Source: Chitinophagales bacterium
GTDB lineage: Bacteria > Bacteroidota > Bacteroidia > Chitinophagales > JADIYW01
Reading direction: 5' to 3'
Length of the DNA: 64,000 nt
NCBI GenBank assembly: GCA_965216955.1
Contig: CBDCGV010000006.1
Location: 66,043 to 130,042, forward strand
Shown: positions 19,388 to 27,721 of the stretch, one piece after another
How positions within the stretch are numbered: the first letter of the stretch is position 1
Layout of the letters: each line of letters opens with the position of its first letter
Translations under genes and position numbers: made by a program
The notes under the pieces: generated by a model
What the model was told of the DNA's origin: nothing
Seen by the model: the letters and a program-made list of their open reading frames with translations, nothing else
The model's database searches: none

Positions 19388-19818
19388 GTAAAGTTTTAGC
19401 GATCGATTATGGTTTGAAAAGAACGGGTTTAGCAATGACAGACGAATTGCAAATAATCGCTTCTGGATTAACTACAGTAGCGACAAAAGACATCTTTGAC
19501 TTTCTAAAAGCGCTATTTGCAAAGGAACAAATTGAATTAATTGTCTTAGGTGAACCTAAGGACCTTTTAAATAGAGCATCTGAAACACATCAGAAAGTAA
19601 TGCTATTCAAAAGCGAATTAATCAAACGATTTCCTAAAATTCCTGTTCAATTGCTAGATGAGCGATTTACCAGTAAATTAGCGCAGCAAACGATTAATCA
19701 AACCGTTAAGGGAAGAAAAAAAAGAAGAAATAAAGCTTTAATTGATGAGATAAGTGCAACTATTTTATTACAATCTTACTTATTGATGAAAGATTTTCAA
19801 AAGCAAAGAGAACAATGA
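19384..19818 (+). CDS. ruvX: Holliday junction resolvase-like nuclease RuvX (YqgF)
   Basis: 144 aa. VLAIDYGLKRTGLAMTD N-terminus. 4-nt overlaps with both neighbours. Confidence 0.9.
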   Translation: MSKVLAIDYGLKRTGLAMTDELQIIASGLTTVATKDIFDFLKALFAKEQIELIVLGEPKDLLNRASETHQKVMLFKSELIKRFPKIPVQLLDERFTSKLAQQTINQTVKGRKKRRNKALIDEISATILLQSYLLMKDFQKQREQ

Positions 19819-20378
19819 TATTACCAATTGTGGCATATGGTCACCCCGTATTAAAAAGGAAAGCATCCATTATAGAAAAGGAGGATAAAGAGCTTGTTGA
19901 ATTAATAGAAAACATGTTTGAAACCATGTATAATGCAGATGGAGTTGGACTCGCAGCTCCGCAAATAGATAAATCAGTTAGGTTATTTATTGTAGATACA
20001 GTTCAGCTTGAAGATCCTAAAAAAGAGCCAAGTCTCAAGGGTATTAAACAAACTTTTATCAATCCCATCATTCTAGAAGAAAATGGCGAAGAATGGAAAT
20101 ATGAAGAAGGCTGCTTAAGTATTCCAGATGTAAGAGGCGATGTGTTAAGACAGCCCAATGTTACTATTGAATACTATGATGTTTCTTTTACAAAACATAT
20201 ACAAGAATTTGACGGTATAAATGCACGAGTTATTCAACATGAGTATGATCATATAGAAGGCATTTTGTTTACAGATAGATTAAAACCGCTTAAAAAAAGA
20301 TTGGTTCGAAATAAATTGGAGAAGATATCAAAAGGCCAAATAAAACAGCGCTATAAGATGAAATTTTATAAGCGCTAA
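19815..20378 (+). CDS. def: peptide deformylase
   Basis: 187 aa. GVGLAAPQI, EGCLSIP and HEYDH motifs. Confidence 0.96.
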   Translation: MILPIVAYGHPVLKRKASIIEKEDKELVELIENMFETMYNADGVGLAAPQIDKSVRLFIVDTVQLEDPKKEPSLKGIKQTFINPIILEENGEEWKYEEGCLSIPDVRGDVLRQPNVTIEYYDVSFTKHIQEFDGINARVIQHEYDHIEGILFTDRLKPLKKRLVRNKLEKISKGQIKQRYKMKFYKR

Positions 20379-20395
20379 AATTCTTGGTCGTATTT

Positions 20396-20416
20396 AAATG
20401 CAACACTATTGCATTT
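20396..20416 (+). terminator. hairpin after def (weak terminator candidate)
   Basis: AAATGCAA-cacta-TTGCATTT, a perfect 8-bp stem. The T tract is only within or after the stem. Confidence 0.35.
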
Positions 20417-20430
20417 AATGGAAAAGATTC

Positions 20431-20438
20431 TATATTTG
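20431..20438 (+). promoter_or_regulatory. -7 type promoter box TATATTTG
   Basis: TAnnTTTG match 36 nt upstream of the ATG at 20475. Confidence 0.4.
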
Positions 20439-20474
20439 CAACATTATTGCAACAATTAAAATAAAATATCTACT

Positions 20475-21032
20475 ATGAAAAATTTATGTTATCTCTTAGC
20501 CCTATTTTTACTAATCGGAACAGGATGTGAAGATGATGCTCCGGAAGCCTTTAATGAACAAGAAGTAATTACAACCGTTATTTATACCCTTATATCTACA
20601 GACAATGATACAGTTATTATGAAATATCAAGATTTAGATCCAACAGATACTATTGATGCTACTGTATCAATAACAGGTTCGTTAGATACCAACAAAATGT
20701 ATGCAGGAAATATTCAAATACTTGATGAAAGTGAAAATTCTGCAGAAGATATTACTACTGAAATCGCTGAAGAAGATGAAGAGCATCAACTTTTCTTTGT
20801 TACAGGTGGTGGACTCGATATGACTTTTGAATACAATGATACTGATGAAGATGGTAACCCTATTGGTTTAAGCACCAAGGTGACTACCAATAATGCATCC
20901 ACGGGAACATTAACCATTACTTTAATACACGAACCTAATAAAACGGCTGCTGGGATCTCTATAGGTAATCCTGGAGTTGCAGGCGGAGAAGAAGACGTAC
21001 AAGTTGCTTTTGATTTACGTATAGTAAATTAA
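20475..21032 (+). CDS. hypothetical acidic lipoprotein preceding a TonB-dependent receptor
   Basis: 185 aa. Lipobox LIGTGCEDD. No family motif recognised. Confidence 0.6.
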   Translation: MKNLCYLLALFLLIGTGCEDDAPEAFNEQEVITTVIYTLISTDNDTVIMKYQDLDPTDTIDATVSITGSLDTNKMYAGNIQILDESENSAEDITTEIAEEDEEHQLFFVTGGGLDMTFEYNDTDEDGNPIGLSTKVTTNNASTGTLTITLIHEPNKTAAGISIGNPGVAGGEEDVQVAFDLRIVN

Positions 21033-21043
21033 GAAGGCGTTTT

Positions 21044-21065
21044 CTTCTTACCTTAGCGTAAGAAG
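21044..21065 (+). terminator. intercistronic hairpin (terminator/attenuator candidate)
   Basis: CTTCTTAC-cttagc-GTAAGAAG, a perfect 8-bp stem followed by TTCTT. Confidence 0.35.
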
Positions 21066-21092
21066 TTCTTGAAAACTCGATTTAACTAAATA

Positions 21093-23436
21093 TTGAATAA
21101 GTACTTTTTACCATTTTTTTTACTAATCTGTCCGCTACTTGTTACTGCGCAAAACTGTGCAATAACAATTAGCGGACAAGTACTTGATAAGGGTACTAAT
21201 GCTCCTTTGGAGTATGCAAACATTTATATTGAAGAAAGTGAAACGGGAGATGTATCAGATGAAAATGGAAGCTTTGAAATAAAAAAATTGTGTAATGGTA
21301 ATTACCATTTTCGAATAAGTCATATTGGATGTCACACGGAACATCATTTTATATCCGTTGAAAAAGATACAACACTTATATTTTATCTAGGTCACCACAG
21401 TGAATTACTTAATGAAGTTGAAATTCACGGACATGCCAATGAGAACTCCAATCAAATAAGCAATTCGATTGATCAAAATGAAATTGCACAACAAAGCAAT
21501 AAAAATCTATCAGATTTGATAGAAAATATTGCAGGAGTGAGTGTTTTAAAAAGTGGTGGTGGTATTTCCAAACCAATTATACATGGGTTGTACGGCAACC
21601 GCATATCCATTTTAAATAATGAGATTGTTCAGTCGGGACAGCAATGGGGCAATGACCATGCTCCTGAAATTGACCCGTTTATAGCCGATCACATTTCAGT
21701 AATTAAGGGTGCCGCGGCACTCGAATATTCGGGCAGTTCGCTGGGCAGTATTATTTTGGTTGAAATGGATAAAATAAAAGAAGACCCCCATCTTCATGGA
21801 ACGGCCAATTACATTTTTAACAGTAATGGCCTGGGACATACAGCTAATGTTAAGCTAGAAAAATACAGCAATTGGGCCGCATGGAGAGTAATTGGGACTA
21901 CTAAGTTTCAGGGTGATTTTAAAGCACCCAATTATTATTTAACCAATACTGGGAAACGAGAATATAATGTTGCTGCCACCTTGCAAAAAGATTTTTCACC
22001 AAGATGGAAAGGCGAGTTCTACTACAGTTTTTTTCACACACTAAATCGGTATTTTAAGAGGTTCTCATGTTAGTAATATTGATAATCTTAGAAATGCCAT
22101 TGGGAGAGATATTCCCGATAAGACCAAAGATCACTTTTCTTATCAATTATCGGTAGCCCCAAGACAAAAAGTCAATCACCACTTACTAAAATTGAAAGCA
22201 ACTTATTTAATTAATGATAAAAATGCTATAAATTTTAAATACGGTGGTCAATTCAATCAACGAAAAGAGTTTGATATAAGACGTGCTGGCAGGTCGAGTA
22301 TACCATCTCTAAGCATCAATAAAAACACACAATATCTAGATGCAACACACAATGCCTCTTTAAACCAAGATATTCAAATCAAAACAGGATTACAGTATCA
22401 GTTTATAGAAAATAATAATGACAATAGTACAACCAATATATCCCCAACCATTCCTGACTATATATCCAATAGAACAAGTCTATTCTCCACCTTAAAGGGA
22501 AAACATAAAACAGTAACCTACGAACTGGGAGCGCGCTATGACCTGGTATTTTTTAATGGTACAAATTTGGTAAAAGAAATAGAATTTGTAAACGATACCA
22601 CTTTTTTTGTTTCTACCAATCTAATTAAATTTGAACATTACTTCCATCCCTTTGCTGTGTCGGCAAGTTTTGGAATAAAACCATCAAAAAATTATAAAAC
22701 CACACTTAACTTAGGCTACAACCTTCGAAATCCGGAAATTAATGAATTGTATAGTTCTGGATTGCATCAAGGAGTTAGTGCTATAGAGGAAGGCAATGCC
22801 AATCTCAACAACGAAAAATCCTTTAAAGTTTTGTGGGACAATGAATGGAGGGTCAAAGATCAGTTATTTATTCAGGCAACGGGATATTTTCAACACATCC
22901 AAAACTACATCTATTTAAACCCCGCATTTGACACTTTGGTTACTATAAGAGGTGCTTTTTTAAAATTTGATTACGTGCAAGAAGATGCTATAATAGCAGG
23001 AACTGATATTTTAATTAAATATGCCCCTAGAGATGATTTAGAAATTGTATCTAAATATGCATTGGTAAGAGGAAGAGAGACGGCATCGAATTTGGCATTG
23101 ATTAATATTCCTTCAGATAATTTATTTGCATCTATTGCTTATACTTTACCTAATACAAAATCACTCCATGAAAGTTATATCTCCTTCAATGGGAAATATG
23201 TCTTCAAACAAAATAAAATAGAAATAGACCAAGATTATTTACCCCCTCCCGATGGTTATTTTTTATTGGGCTTTAGTGCCGGCACCAATTTACAATTCAA
23301 AGAATCACAACTAAAGTTGAACCTGCGTATTGAAAACATGCTCAATACAACTTATCGAGATTACTTAAATAGATTGAGATACTTTGCTGATGAGCCGGGA
23401 ATAAATGTAAGCTTGGGGCTTAATTATACTTTCTAG
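21093..23436 (+). pseudogene. TonB-dependent receptor interrupted by a +1 frameshift
   Basis: ORF 21093..22073 has a TTG start, a signal peptide, a CarboxypepD_reg-like domain and a plug (DLIENIAGVSVLKSGGGISKPIIHGLYGNRISILNN). ORF 22192..23436 encodes the barrel, ending ..SLGLNYTF. The second frame is open from 22045 and reads IGILRGSHVSNIDNLRNAIGRD. This continues ..FYYSFFHTL of the first frame and needs one base skipped in ctAAAtc (22041-22047). Confidence 0.8.
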
Positions 23437-23446
23437 CAACTATTAT

Positions 23447-24202
23447 TTATTCTCCTTTAAATGTGCTCCAACTAAACCCAAGAGCCACATAATTCATATC
23501 GTGATTGAGTCCCGTTCCAAAAGAAAAATCTAACTGTAAATTGGGCTTTAATAGATAAGTCATGCCGGCATCAAAATTGGCAATATAATTTTCAAAATTT
23601 TCCCACTCTCCATATGGCTCTATGTAAATGCCTAATTTATCTGTAACACTATAACCTAACGCTAAAGAATTTGTAAAACTGCCCTTATCTCTTCCGAGAT
23701 AGTCGTAGCCTAAATTATAACCTACGCCAAATTTATTTCCCAATTCATGAGCGATAGATAACTTATTAATTACGCCTACTTTTTCATTGGTAAATTCTAA
23801 TGAACCTGAAGGAATTAAAAGATGTGAAAGAAAAGCCATTTCAAAATTAACTTCCTCTTTTTGAAAACATTGAACCTTAAAACCCAATTCCAAATCACTA
23901 ATTCCTAATTTTCTGGAGGTAATATCTAGATTCCTTGTGCTATTAATTTCGAATTGACTAACTAATCTTAACTCTAACCAATCTAGCACCCCTAATCTAA
24001 AAAGTGTTGAAGGAATGGCTGTATTAATGACTTTATCATCATTTTCATCAATCTCTACTGAAACACCACTTTCAATTTGAAAATTATTTTTAGGTACTGT
24101 TGAAGACGATTCTGTTTGATCAGGCCTATCGGTGACAATTTCTTGAGAGTAAACAAAACCAACAAACAATATTGAAAATAAAAAAGTAGAAAGTGCTCTC
24201 AT
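23447..24202 (-). CDS. outer-membrane beta-barrel transporter (MetA-pathway/phenol-degradation-like family)
   Basis: 251 aa. Signal peptide followed by TDRPDQTESSSTVP, which is characteristic of this family. Alternating beta-strand pattern. Confidence 0.7.
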   Translation of the reverse strand: MRALSTFLFSILFVGFVYSQEIVTDRPDQTESSSTVPKNNFQIESGVSVEIDENDDKVINTAIPSTLFRLGVLDWLELRLVSQFEINSTRNLDITSRKLGISDLELGFKVQCFQKEEVNFEMAFLSHLLIPSGSLEFTNEKVGVINKLSIAHELGNKFGVGYNLGYDYLGRDKGSFTNSLALGYSVTDKLGIYIEPYGEWENFENYIANFDAGMTYLLKPNLQLDFSFGTGLNHDMNYVALGFSWSTFKGE

Positions 24203-24282
24203 TTAATGCATTTTGATGTTTGCAAATAAAAGAAAACTATTTAAGACTTTGTAGGACATAAGCTAAAAGCTTTCTCCGAATG

Positions 24283-24313
24283 GAAAACTGTCCGATTGCT
24301 TTCAGCAATGGAC
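24283..24313 (-). terminator. hairpin + T tract downstream of the LRR gene
   Basis: On the minus strand: GTCCATTGC-tgaaa-GCAATcGGAC (one bulge) followed by AGTTTTCC. Confidence 0.4.
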
Positions 24314-24330
24314 ACGATTAGTTCACTTTC

Positions 24331-24420
24331 TGTTCATGGCTACCAAAACTAAAATAAAGCTTACGTTTGTTCATAATTAACCATGCTACATTAGTCAACA
24401 CGCAAAACTACGAACAGATA
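24331..24420. repeat. intergenic repeat, copy A (about 90 nt)
   Basis: By hand alignment to copy B at 26658-26741, the 70-nt core has 62/70 identical positions and the left 13 nt have 12/13, with a 6-7-nt indel. Same orientation as copy B. Confidence 0.85.
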
Positions 24421-24436
24421 GAGCATGTTTTTCAAG

Positions 24437-26572
24437 CTATAGGCCCAAAATAAAAGCATTAGGCAGACACATTTTAAGGTTATTTATATCCGTTGAATTA
24501 AGATTATTTCCCCTAAGAGAAATATAACCAGCAAAAGAACTGCCTAAGTCACATAATGGACGTACATCGCTTATTTGATTATCATACAAGAGTAAATCAG
24601 TTAGATTGGTTAAACCCGAAAGGCTACTTATATCGCTTATTTGATTGCCAGGCAAGTATAAAGTAGTTAGATTGGTTAAACCCGAAAGGCTGCTTATATC
24701 GCTTATTTGATTAACAGACAAGTATAATTTAGTTAGATTGGTTAAACCAGAAAGGCTGCTTATATCGCTTATTTGATTGTCATACAATTCTAAAATATTA
24801 AGGTTCTTTAAACCTGAAAGTGCACTTACATCATTGATTTCTGCACCCCATAAGATTAAACGGGTAAGATTTGCTAAACCAGAAAGTACATCAATATCGT
24901 CAATTCCTCCTCTATCACTGAATAAATATAATGTTCTTAAATTACGGAAGTATTGCAATCCTTCAAGATCATTTAAAAGATCAAATTTGTTATCAAAGCA
25001 AATCTCTGCATTCGCACACAAGCTATCTAAATCCTTTACATCTCCATAAGTAATAGGGCCACTAGGTTTATTAATGGTAGCTCTTACATAGGCTACCAAC
25101 GCACTATCATTAAATGGTATCACAAAATCATCGCTTAAAGTATCGCTGTCTACACCACAGTAATTGATATCTATGGTTTGGCTGCTACCATTAAAAGTAA
25201 CTTGCAGTGTATCAACTTTTACCACTCCCGCATCGTTTACCCATACTTTTGTAAATACCTCGTACGCAGTATTCTCATCTACGTCACATAAAAGATCCGT
25301 CAACGTAAACATCCCAGAAACATCCGTAAGACCAGAGAAGAAAATGTTATCGTTGGTTGGGCTGTAAACCGTAAAGTAGCGGTTATCATATACTACATTA
25401 TCGCAATCGGTTAAGGTACCTGTAAGTGTATAATTGCGACTGTTACTTATATCACTGCTGCTTAAAACCAGTGTAATCTGGCCAACAATGCCTGTCTCCT
25501 CTTTTATTATAGTTTCACAAGGTAATACAATGCGAAATTCTAGGTCTTGTGGTGCACTCAATAGAGTAAACTTTCCATTGCCATCGGTATAAACCCGTGC
25601 CAATTTGCTTTTATCTACTGTTGATCCATAAACATCAATGGCCTGATTGGCAATAACACCCTCGTTTTCGTCTCGTAGTATAACTTCAATAGGCTCAGCA
25701 TCAAAATCAAGATCGAGGTTCCAAGAAGAAAAGTGATTGACTTCCGCAATATATTCACTGCCCTCTTTAACTGCCTTTCCTGCCTCTACCCAAAGTCCAT
25801 AGGTTTCATTAAAATGCCAAAGCGGAATCTCCTCCGGATCGTCAACAGCAGCGGGTAAACGTACCTCTACCCTGCTATTTTCTGCAATTTCTAATGGGTT
25901 TCCTGCTGCATCTGATAACTCCACCGTTACCATACCATATGAGATAAGACCATTGATTGCTTCCTCATCGGTCAATCCTGCCAATACACCCGGTATTTGC
26001 TCCGTAAAACCTGCCGTACTGGGATCAATATAGCGAGCGATCACTTTAACCTCCCCGGTTACCGCTTCACCTGAACTACTAACAATTGCATCCGCAGGGA
26101 AATCCAGCTTCACTTTTCCACCTTCAAACGACAAGTTCCCTCCTGAAGCAGCCGTAAAACTTTGTGCATTTCCTTCAGATAATAGCTGTATAGAAACAGT
26201 ATTTACTTGTCCGGCAGTTGGTGTAAATGTTCTAAAGCCATTTAAATAGCTACTCTTTTTTGCAGCTACTACGGCAAACGCTTCGTTAAGCATAATTTCA
26301 CCAAAGGAAAAATACCCTTTTTCATCGGTAGTGGTGGTTTCCCCTCCTGCTTTTACCGTAACGCCTGCAATTGGAGCGTTGCTCTCATCCTTTATATACC
26401 CCTGTAAGAAAGCTGCAACGGTTTGCAAACTAACAACCTCCTTTAAACGTTGGTTTTCTTTTTGTACAACTTCATTGTTTTCAATATTTGGAGCTACTTC
26501 GCCATCACTTTTACAAGCAGTAAAAACTACAAAAAAAGTAAAAACGGTAAAAAGTAAGTTTTTGTAATGCAT
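24437..26572 (-). CDS. leucine-rich-repeat (internalin/BspA-like) lipoprotein with Ig/CarboxypepD_reg-like N-terminal domains
   Basis: 711 aa. Lipobox VFTACKSDG. The C-terminus carries about 7 22-residue LRRs (LSGLTNLTxLYLxxNQISDISS). Confidence 0.85.
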   Translation of the reverse strand: MHYKNLLFTVFTFFVVFTACKSDGEVAPNIENNEVVQKENQRLKEVVSLQTVAAFLQGYIKDESNAPIAGVTVKAGGETTTTDEKGYFSFGEIMLNEAFAVVAAKKSSYLNGFRTFTPTAGQVNTVSIQLLSEGNAQSFTAASGGNLSFEGGKVKLDFPADAIVSSSGEAVTGEVKVIARYIDPSTAGFTEQIPGVLAGLTDEEAINGLISYGMVTVELSDAAGNPLEIAENSRVEVRLPAAVDDPEEIPLWHFNETYGLWVEAGKAVKEGSEYIAEVNHFSSWNLDLDFDAEPIEVILRDENEGVIANQAIDVYGSTVDKSKLARVYTDGNGKFTLLSAPQDLEFRIVLPCETIIKEETGIVGQITLVLSSSDISNSRNYTLTGTLTDCDNVVYDNRYFTVYSPTNDNIFFSGLTDVSGMFTLTDLLCDVDENTAYEVFTKVWVNDAGVVKVDTLQVTFNGSSQTIDINYCGVDSDTLSDDFVIPFNDSALVAYVRATINKPSGPITYGDVKDLDSLCANAEICFDNKFDLLNDLEGLQYFRNLRTLYLFSDRGGIDDIDVLSGLANLTRLILWGAEINDVSALSGLKNLNILELYDNQISDISSLSGLTNLTKLYLSVNQISDISSLSGLTNLTTLYLPGNQISDISSLSGLTNLTDLLLYDNQISDVRPLCDLGSSFAGYISLRGNNLNSTDINNLKMCLPNAFILGL
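24600..24797. repeat. 3 x 66-bp near-identical tandem repeat inside the LRR CDS
   Basis: Units lie at 24600-24665, 24666-24731 and 24732-24797. The first 47 nt or so of each unit differ by only 1-2 substitutions. More diverged units flank the array across about 24534-24930. Confidence 0.9.
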
Positions 26573-26594
26573 AATGGGACTAATTTATTCGGAA

Positions 26595-26602
26595 CAAAGA
26601 TA
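26595..26602 (-). promoter_or_regulatory. -7 type promoter box TATCTTTG for the LRR gene
   Basis: The reverse complement of CAAAGATA matches TAnnTTTG, 22 nt upstream of the ATG at 26572. Confidence 0.4.
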
Positions 26603-26657
26603 AGGGTTTATGGAATATGGTTGCTTATCAATTGCTTATAATACCATTTTTCTTTGC

Positions 26658-26741
26658 TGTTCATAGCTACGAAAATAAAACTTACGTTTGTTCGTAGTTA
26701 ACCACGCTACATTAATCAACACACAAAACAACGAATAGATA
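26658..26741. repeat. intergenic repeat, copy B (about 84 nt)
   Basis: See copy A. Copy B lies between the ilvE stop (26819) and the LRR gene promoter. Confidence 0.85.
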
Positions 26742-26818
26742 AGGATTTTCACCCCACACCCCTTATGCTGTTGCATAAGCTTTTAGTTTTAACAGTTGAA
26801 ATTAGTCATTAGCAAGCA

Positions 26819-27712
26819 TCAAAAATACTCTAAGAAGTTAGTATCCTTACCGGCTACAATTCTTTTATACCTTGTATAGAGTGCATATCCGATAGTATCC
26901 TCCCAGTCGAGTTTCAATTCATGACCATTAATAGATGCAATTCCAGCAATTTCTACTGCAGTCCCCGCAAAAAAAGCACCATCAACATCAATAACCGCTT
27001 CGGGGCCAAATTCTTCTTCAATAACCTCAATACCCATTTGCTTGGCTATTTCAATAATCGTTAAGCGTGTAATGCCTGGAAAAATATTATCTAACGTTGG
27101 TGTATAAAGTTTGCCATCTTTTTCAAAAAAAACGGAGGCCCCAGGTCCTTGAGCGACATACCCATCCACATCTAGCATTAATGCCTCATCATAACCGTTT
27201 CGTAAAGCCTCTTTTGTTGCTAAGATAGAATTGACATAATGCCCACAAACTTTAGTATCAATATGTACCGATTTAGGATGTGGCCTTCGATAAGAGGATA
27301 TCATAACCTTTAAATGATTTCCATCAAAATACCTCCCCCACTTCCATGTAACCATCATTACATTTACCTCATTATTGGGTCTCAAAGTCATATTCTTATC
27401 CATAAAGATGATGGGCCTGATATAAGCCGAGCTCATTCTATTGGCTTCTATCAGTTCATAAGCGAAATCAATTAACTCTTTGGATGTATAAGGTACTTCT
27501 ATCTCCAGCTTTTCAGCTGATTTAAGCAAGCGTTCAAAATGCCGCCTTACCTTAAAAATATGAGGTCCTTGTTCTGTTTTATAAGCTCTTATGCCCTCGT
27601 AAACACCGTAACCATAATGCAATGTTTGATTAAATGGACTTATCCTAAAATCAGGAACATGCCTAAATTCTCCGTTGAAAAACAAATACGTTTTATCTGT
27701 ATGGTATAGCAA
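26819..27712 (-). CDS. ilvE: branched-chain amino acid aminotransferase (class IV)
   Basis: 297 aa with a TTG start. YGYGVYEGIRAY..FR..HFERL and GxTR..II motifs of fold-type IV. Confidence 0.9.
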   Translation of the reverse strand: MLYHTDKTYLFFNGEFRHVPDFRISPFNQTLHYGYGVYEGIRAYKTEQGPHIFKVRRHFERLLKSAEKLEIEVPYTSKELIDFAYELIEANRMSSAYIRPIIFMDKNMTLRPNNEVNVMMVTWKWGRYFDGNHLKVMISSYRRPHPKSVHIDTKVCGHYVNSILATKEALRNGYDEALMLDVDGYVAQGPGASVFFEKDGKLYTPTLDNIFPGITRLTIIEIAKQMGIEVIEEEFGPEAVIDVDGAFFAGTAVEIAGIASINGHELKLDWEDTIGYALYTRYKRIVAGKDTNFLEYF

Positions 27713-27721
27713 AGTAATTTA

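Noticed and set aside
24534-24930. Regularly spaced 66-bp repeats as a possible CRISPR array
   Set aside because: The units are contiguous with no unique spacers. They lie in frame inside a 711-aa ORF and encode 22-residue leucine-rich repeats. No cas genes are present.
24437-26572. LRR gene as a horizontally transferred island, based on GC content
   Set aside because: My hand counts of a few lines suggest about 42-50% GC, but sucD shows similar values. No mobility genes are present. The composition argument is too weak without a proper genome-wide calculation.
26762-26779. Hairpin CTTATGC-tgtt-GCATAAG as the ilvE terminator
   Set aside because: On the ilvE (minus) strand it is followed by GGGGTGTGGGG, not a U tract. 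The T-rich tail is on the plus strand, where there is no gene to terminate. I left it unannotated.
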